DNA of 43,559 bases, taken from the NCBI RefSeq assembly GCF_000981445.1, contig NW_012237264.1, positions 1 to 43,559 on the forward strand. Direction: 5' to 3'. Source of the stretch: Babesia bigemina. Its lineage: Eukaryota. Position 1 is the first letter of the stretch; the number at the start of each line of letters is the position of its first letter. Position numbers and translations under genes: made by a program. This document shows positions 38,201 through 43,559 of this stretch, in pieces. The notes beneath the pieces were generated by a model. The model worked only from the letters and a program-made list of their open reading frames with translations, had not been told where the DNA came from and ran no database searches.

Positions 38201-40874
38201 CCCAGTGAAGACCGCTCTTGGCGGAGGTGGACATGGAGAGAAAGTGAAATCGCTGTCCGATAGATCACAAGCCTATTTCCTTCACCTTTTCACCTACTTG
38301 CGTAAAGATATGGAGAAACATTTTACTTCTCAGCCTCAGGTCCACGGTGACTATCATAGTCGTATCAACACCATCCGCTCGAACCTCACCACCCTCCTCG
38401 ACCACATCAGCACTCACAAACACTTCGACCACCAGGTGCCCCAAATGCTCGACACACTCAAGAAGTCCCTTACCACCTTCACGTCCTCGCACTTCGGCAA
38501 CGCATCCTACCCCGTGCTCGACGCCTTTCCCCGAAGCCTGGAGCAGTTCGTCGACGAGCTGGAGAGGATGTACGTGAATAGGTATGATGGGCATAAGCAG
38601 AAGGTTAATATGGGTAAATTGGTTATTAGTGATGGTGATAAAGGTGAAAAATTAACGGATGACGGCAGAAACTTGTCGAAGGTATTTTTGACGAGTTTGG
38701 TGACTTTGAAAGCCGGGTTAGACGAGTTAAAGCAGAATGCTCCAAACGCCTGGAGAGGAAGACAAATTTATTTGCAAGACAGTAACGAAGATGAAAACTC
38801 ATTTGGTCAATTTTTGAACAAGTGCGGTTACAAAGTTTCCAAGTCGCATGATTCCCATGAAGGTCACCTGAGGAATAAGGAGCAGTGCAAAGGTCAATAT
38901 ATCCACGACGGTCTTCTTGTAGGCGATAAGCAGCATATTTATCACTCAGATAAAAACGGTAAACGTGCACTCGAGATACTTTTCGACTATTTGGAGACAT
39001 ACAACGACTTATGCCATCTCTCAACATTAACCTCCAAGAGACAGCCATGCTCCGTGTACGAGATGCTCGCTTGGCTCTCGGGACTAACGCACAATCCGGT
39101 ACACCAAAGTAAGCTAAGCGTAGCCATCATGAACGTTTTGGAAGAGCTATACAAAAGAGGTAGAGAAGATGAGGGAGAACATGGCGACGTATTAGCAGTA
39201 GAACGACAAGCAGACGGAGGGGAGTTCAAAGTGTCATTGGTTGATGCACGCTCCGTATCCCTGGAAGCCTACCCACGTGACGTATCATATGATGAACTGT
39301 GGGCAGCCGTGACGCATATATGTTCGACTTCATATGACGTCCTTTGCGCAATTGCCGGTCACGGCGACGAATTCACGACATACGCTGTGGACTATTCCAA
39401 CAATCACATGAAATTCAATTACCCCCAAAACGGGGAAGATTGTCTCGATATGCTCCTTGACATCCTTCGTCGAATGTTGCCAACATTACAATATTTGTAT
39501 AGTCAGTGCAGGCTCAGCAATGGGCTCAACGGTTGGCAAGCGTGCAAGTACGGCAAGGATATCATGACAGCCAAATGGCCATGCAAAGTTCATCCATCCG
39601 ACGAACCAGATAATAAATCAAACTGCCAAGCAAAGTGTAAACCAACGTGCCAAGCAAAGTGCGAAGTAACGTGCCAAGTAGATTGCCAACCAACATCGCC
39701 ATTGATGAGTTACCTGAACGACTGCTTGCCGGGTCATTTACCTCATCAACTTACTAAAATTGGATGTAAGTACGAGTGTTCCAATTGCTCAACTTCTAAA
39801 AAGGGTAAGCCTTGCCTGACGCCTCTTGGATTCAAAGGTTTCTCCGGATCCACACGTATGGGTAAGGACATATGTGAAGTGCTGACCAAATTCATCAACA
39901 TCAAGCATCTTACGGGTCTATTCACGCTGATTCCCAAGCCGCCTTCCACGTTGCCAGAGCACTTCGGTTTTACCTTGGCGCTGGCGATTGGTATTAATGC
40001 AACATCTAGAACTAATAATTACGATCCTCATGCGTTTAGAGGCGTGTTTGCCGCATCCATCTACGAGCAAACTATTAACCTCTGTACCGACCAATCCACA
40101 TTGACCAATGCGTTAACCGACGCATATGGGTCGCCGTCTCCAACACATGGCGTATGCGAACATGCCCACGTTAGAAATCTCACGGCGTCCGATAGCTGCA
40201 AAGGGAAGACCAATTTGGAACTCGAATGCGCTCCGTACCTTGCCAATTTATCTGTCGACTGTTATCGATACCTCGGTAAAAAGCATTCCAACCTCTACTT
40301 GTCATGGGCTGTCTACCTCCCTTGGAGCTTTTGGACGAATCTTAAAAATCTATATGACGCGTTTTGCAACATTTACTGTCAAGACTGGGGCTGTCGTGGT
40401 TGCTTAAGAGGCGACAAGTGCAAACGTGGAGAACATGGATCAATAAGTGACGCTTCCAAACAACCTAATTGCCAATGCCACTCCATTGTTGACTGCAGAG
40501 GCGTCGCTCCAACTTTGTACAGTTATGGCTTTTCCTTCGGTGACCCATCGAAATTGCAGAACGAGCATTATCCAAACACATGTGCCGACTTCCGCAAGCA
40601 ATTGAAAAATGTATTGAAGTCGGAATACTTCACAAAATTATTTGAAGAGTGTGACAAATTCTTATTCACCATCAGAGAGCCCTTCATCTGGCTCAACGTC
40701 GCCCTCTGGCTCCTCTCCTTCCTCTACCTCCTCCACATCATGGTCATCCGCCTCGACCTGCTCCACATCAAATCGCATTTGCACTCACCATCATCACATC
40801 GCATCGCCACGCAATCACTACTCGCCGCTGCACGTGTTAAAGCACTCAACAAAGTGCTGTACCTGCAACCTTGA
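35274..40874 (+). CDS. ves: VESA-like variant erythrocyte surface antigen, copy 5 (subtype B); upstream ATG 34995 is interrupted by TAA 35118-35120
   Basis: Long ORF with TSPLMSYLNDCLPGHLPH, DWGCRGCLRGDKCK, TM and …YLQP*. The first ATG after the stop is 35274; 35238 in the ORF track is a GTG. Confidence 0.85.
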   Translation: MGFLSGVLDAVKDDDAVRTYDKDISGDKIDTVINTLNKKIGSGRHGLAASVAAVKGWLEGYELEYRKKASNVTEVLGELKTKIAGKYTHDVAGAAGEKLETQLTRWTETLESIELDVNNTENQYVNMLDSTLKRDAMREVKPINTSVNMLLDAAQNPEVTEQVKVVDWMLDEQEKRVKNEIRKHSKQLRETSDGEFRKVLGKIFELKNNKHEQFGHVRNVVGMAKEEAQGLLARFDGEYRKQIIRHFDAIKGALADVNMKENPTGKMNTSKLKEDAEKIKTSLETISLRLGGHVGELENWMYKTKNHINEFKEQEVEKIIELNKGGFGSWKENITQAAKEVYTETNRFDEQFQLLKAKLEEEVEHVNGRGGALSQLTALENHMNGEVPRELAGFKTNGWTLTEQITELTSRITTNVKEYVKTHLGKQIKGEVEKKTNKIIKQDARQGGDNGFLGDIETKIYAYAKTFQLQQFGNKVEEWIINILQKDPVKEWLAAYISSNANGRLGNKQTHELHTPILNAIKIAVEAAIRTAGEMIEVQGKDQIRDNIETVKKACNHFATQLEAHFTSAKINGFVKDLVDKVEKTLTGAHSNTVYSAHLVIALQATLASLAAKARQVASELDSLVISSQHNIALNLQSAIRDVKALGNSIEMEIGKTDSVPHGSAENLGHQIQTQLGNQATNRDFDNQLCELLQAAIKNGVKKLQEALNGSAISKLKSVDKSVEGVVESAKQAKEGVAGRVKEIETNLTELMSWITETGNIVKNELQKLINYKIYGSLTEVKNKIGTLRTTDLYNVIDTDIKAVNAIIASLESLPGVVDTMKGETEAKMETLQENVDVLQKLLVNIEVNVKLADEQIEKSIDVVQQCLQDSCENVTTAIELLENNLIAVVADAFQRVTQEVRAMFAKERTAHLSALKTLLSTQLKIITCTVNKNLNTGLKGFLKTLSGDSVDDYAAGYKERPKHLPPKTQKPNLLDPVKTALGGGGHGEKVKSLSDRSQAYFLHLFTYLRKDMEKHFTSQPQVHGDYHSRINTIRSNLTTLLDHISTHKHFDHQVPQMLDTLKKSLTTFTSSHFGNASYPVLDAFPRSLEQFVDELERMYVNRYDGHKQKVNMGKLVISDGDKGEKLTDDGRNLSKVFLTSLVTLKAGLDELKQNAPNAWRGRQIYLQDSNEDENSFGQFLNKCGYKVSKSHDSHEGHLRNKEQCKGQYIHDGLLVGDKQHIYHSDKNGKRALEILFDYLETYNDLCHLSTLTSKRQPCSVYEMLAWLSGLTHNPVHQSKLSVAIMNVLEELYKRGREDEGEHGDVLAVERQADGGEFKVSLVDARSVSLEAYPRDVSYDELWAAVTHICSTSYDVLCAIAGHGDEFTTYAVDYSNNHMKFNYPQNGEDCLDMLLDILRRMLPTLQYLYSQCRLSNGLNGWQACKYGKDIMTAKWPCKVHPSDEPDNKSNCQAKCKPTCQAKCEVTCQVDCQPTSPLMSYLNDCLPGHLPHQLTKIGCKYECSNCSTSKKGKPCLTPLGFKGFSGSTRMGKDICEVLTKFINIKHLTGLFTLIPKPPSTLPEHFGFTLALAIGINATSRTNNYDPHAFRGVFAASIYEQTINLCTDQSTLTNALTDAYGSPSPTHGVCEHAHVRNLTASDSCKGKTNLELECAPYLANLSVDCYRYLGKKHSNLYLSWAVYLPWSFWTNLKNLYDAFCNIYCQDWGCRGCLRGDKCKRGEHGSISDASKQPNCQCHSIVDCRGVAPTLYSYGFSFGDPSKLQNEHYPNTCADFRKQLKNVLKSEYFTKLFEECDKFLFTIREPFIWLNVALWLLSFLYLLHIMVIRLDLLHIKSHLHSPSSHRIATQSLLAAARVKALNKVLYLQP

Positions 40875-41580
40875 TAGACCACCTCACCACCACTCACCTA
40901 ACTCACTACCTAGCAACCCACCGCCTAACCTAATACTCACCCAAATATATTACGTAATTCCTACTCAGCAATTGGCAGTTAATGTAGTTCATGCAATTAT
41001 AGGTTCTTGTTTTGCGATATAGAGTTGTGAGCTACAGGTGAAATGTGCCCACGCCCTCCCATGGCTTTAGTGGGTAGTGATGTCGGGTTATAAGTCATCA
41101 ACCTACGCTGCTTAAGCGTGTTGTGATAAGTGAACGTGAAGCGTATGAAACGTGACTGTGTTGAACGTTAGCTATCATGTGCGATGTTAGGCAATGAATG
41201 TAGCTGCGGTTACCCTATGTGATGGCCAGTGGGCGGCGTAGCTATGTGACATTGATGGCAACGGTGTAAATGAGAAGCACGTTAATCAAGTGATGTGGCT
41301 CAGTTAGGCACTAATGATGACACAAAGGTGATGATATTTATAAGCGGAATTGGCAACGTCGGATGGACTGCAATGGATCAAATTGCCTTATCAAATGACA
41401 CCGGGTGACCTGCATGCCACGGCGAGGATACCAGCCACGTGCTCTACCTCGGTAGTACTTCAGCTTTGGCAGCTGCATAGTTGTGATGTAATTGGATGTA
41501 AGTTTTATGGCGGTTAGCCGGGTGGCTGTGGAACTTATGGAAGACGGCAGTGTCCTTGGCTGAGGTACGTGGTTCATGGT

Positions 41581-41728
41581 TGCAGTTGGTGAGTGCGTTG
41601 CTAGGTGATTGATAAGGTTGCAGGTTGAGGGGACTGGGCGCGGCAGTGGTACGTGTTGCAGTAGGTGAGTGCGTTGCTTGAGTGATTGATATGTTTGCAG
41701 GCTGAGGGGACTGGGACTGGGAGGGAAG
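41581..41728 (+). repeat. two copies of the ~75-bp exon/intron-like leader unit
   Basis: GT-AG segments at 41589-41623 and 41665-41700, homologous to the 12218-13145 array. Confidence 0.8.
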
Positions 41729-42244
41729 ATGGGTTATTACGATTGTATATGTGGTACTGGATGTGTAAGATTAGTAGTATGTTATTGCTGCCCGTGGTGT
41801 TGTGAAAAATGTACTACTGGCATTGGTTGCAATGGATGTTGGTATGATTTTAATTATACGCGCAAAAAGAGCAAGCACTGCCATCCTAAAGGATGTGAAC
41901 AACAACAAAAGCAGTGTACCGACTTTAAAAAATGTGGATGTGAATGTTGCCTGAAGAAACGTCCACCTGAACAGCTTGCTGCCTCCCATTCTTCCTCCGG
42001 TGCAGAGTCTTCTGCTCCCTCCGGTGTTGCCGCTCGGACTGGTGGTCTCGATTCCCACGGTGAAGATCTGTCTACCACTTCTACACCTTTCCGCCCTGAC
42101 CCCCAAGCCATCGCCGCCGTCATCGTTACCCTTATCGTCGCCATCATCCTGCTCGACCTGTGCATCTTCCGCTTCCCGGTGGGCCGCAACATCCGCGATT
42201 TCCTCGTACGAAAGATACCCTTCTGCATCGCTTTCTACAGCTGA
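41729..42244 (+). CDS. small Cys/Lys-rich single-pass membrane protein, paralog 2 (171 aa)
   Basis: CYCCPWCCEKC…CHPKGC…CGCECC, Ser-rich linker, TM and a tail identical to paralog 1. Confidence 0.82.
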   Translation: MGYYDCICGTGCVRLVVCYCCPWCCEKCTTGIGCNGCWYDFNYTRKKSKHCHPKGCEQQQKQCTDFKKCGCECCLKKRPPEQLAASHSSSGAESSAPSGVAARTGGLDSHGEDLSTTSTPFRPDPQAIAAVIVTLIVAIILLDLCIFRFPVGRNIRDFLVRKIPFCIAFYS

Positions 42245-42369
42245 ACTCCGCAATTTGTAAGTGCATAAATCATTAATCCAAATTCCACCGATAACCTAAC
42301 TGGCAACTGACATCTAATGTTGTAGACAGAGTAGTGATTGCGTTGATGAACAATCGCATGAGCAGTGAG

Positions 42370-42461
42370 GTGACCAAGCAATTGACCAATGCCATGACCA
42401 AGGTGTTGACCAAGGTGCTGACCAATGTGCTGACCAACGTGTTGACCAAAGTGCTGACCAA
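42370..42461 (+). repeat. 12-bp tandem array
   Basis: GTG(C/T)TGACCAA units. Confidence 0.9.
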
Positions 42462-42466
42462 GTTAG

Positions 42467-42706
42467 TGGTTATGGCAGCGATGGCATGATCACGGCAGGG
42501 GTGACATGATCACGGCAGGGGTGACATGGTTACGGCAGCGATGACATGGACACGGCAGCGATGACATGGTCACGGCAGCGATGAGATGGTTACGGCAGCG
42601 ATGAGATGGTTACGGCAGCGATGACATGGTTACGGCAGCGATGACACGGTCACGGCAGCGATGACATGGTTACGGCAGCGATGACACGGTCACGGCAGCG
42701 ATGACA
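42467..42706 (+). repeat. 20-bp tandem array (about 12 copies)
   Basis: ATGGT(C/T)ACGGCAGCGATGAC. Confidence 0.93.
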
Positions 42707-42732
42707 GTGGTGAACAGAGTGGTGATTATTAT

Positions 42733-43559
42733 CCACTCCACATCGCCCCTTAACCCACCCTACATCGCCCCTTTATCCACTCTACATCGCTCCCTAACCC
42801 ACTCTACATCGCTCCCTAACCCACTCTACATCGCCCCTTTACCCACTCCACATCGCCCCTTAACCTCCTCTAATCGCCCCTTTACCCACTCCACATCGCC
42901 CCTTAACCTCCTCTAATCGCCCCTTAACCCACTCCACATCGCTCCCTAACCCACTCCACATCGCCCCTTTATCCACTCTACATCGCTCCTTAACCCACCC
43001 TACATCGCCCCTTTAACCACTCTACATCGCTCCCTAACCCACTCTACATCGCCCCTTTATCCACTCTACATCGCTCCCTAACCCACTCTTCATCGCCCCT
43101 TTATCCACTCTACATCGCTCCTTTACCCACTCTACATCGCCCCTTTACCCACTCTCCATCGCTCCCTAACCCACTCTACATCGCCCCTTTATCCACTCTA
43201 CATCGCCCCTTTATCCACTCTACATCGCCCCTTTATCCACTCCACATCGCTCCCTAACCCACTCTACATAGCTCCCTAACCCACTCTACATCGCTCCCTA
43301 ACCCACTCTACATCGCCCCTTTATCCACTCTACATCGCCCCTTTATCCACTCTACATCGCCCCTTAACCCACTCTACATCGCCCCTTTATCCACTCTACA
43401 TCGCCCCTTTATCCACTCTACATCGCCCCTTTATCCACTCTACATCGCCCCTTATCCACTCTACATCGCCCCTTAATCCACCTTACATCGCTCCTTAACC
43501 CACTCCACATCGTCCCTTATCCACTCTACATCGCCCCTTAACCCACTCTACATCGCTCC
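42733..43559 (+). repeat. 22-bp C-rich minisatellite array, truncated by the window end
   Basis: Same unit; runs to the last base. Confidence 0.97.

Noticed and set aside
408..40407. Many short antisense or alternate-frame ORFs inside the ves genes
   Set aside because: Shadow ORFs of long coding sequences, not conserved between paralogs.
40900..41580. Unique spacers 11720-12180 and 40900-41580 as a shared promoter or ncRNA
   Set aside because: No similarity between them was visible by eye and no recognisable RNA structure was seen.

Overview
Eukaryotic parasite DNA: an antigenic-variation locus of a Babesia sensu stricto species (B. bigemina/B. ovata-like, judged from protein motifs only). 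Five large (1570-1880 aa) VESA-like variant erythrocyte surface antigen genes lie head-to-tail on the + strand. Each has a conserved 5' block (…YDGSGIVYSDLDRLCDGVMGFLSGVL), a hypervariable helical middle, a Cys-rich region, one C-terminal TM helix and the tail RLDLLHIKSHLHSPSSHRIAAQSLLAAA…YLQP*. Every ves gene whose upstream region is visible is preceded by the same ordered non-coding module: a 12-bp array, then a 20-bp array, then a 0.9-3.3 kb C-rich 22-bp array, then the leader AATCACCTCGCC…ATG. A fifth module runs off the window end, predicting a sixth gene. Two copies carry the same TAA at codon 42 of the conserved 5' block. Gene 1 has an in-frame ~300-codon deletion, and genes and arrays show patchwork sequence exchange, together suggesting a repeat-flanked recombination/gene-conversion archive. 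Two small Cys/Lys-rich single-TM genes sit between ves genes. Their leaders are tandem exon/intron-like units (12 vs 2 mini-introns) ending in a G-quadruplex motif just before the ATG, and one is followed by duplicated alternating TM-tail cassettes. No RNA genes, CRISPR or transposons were recognised.
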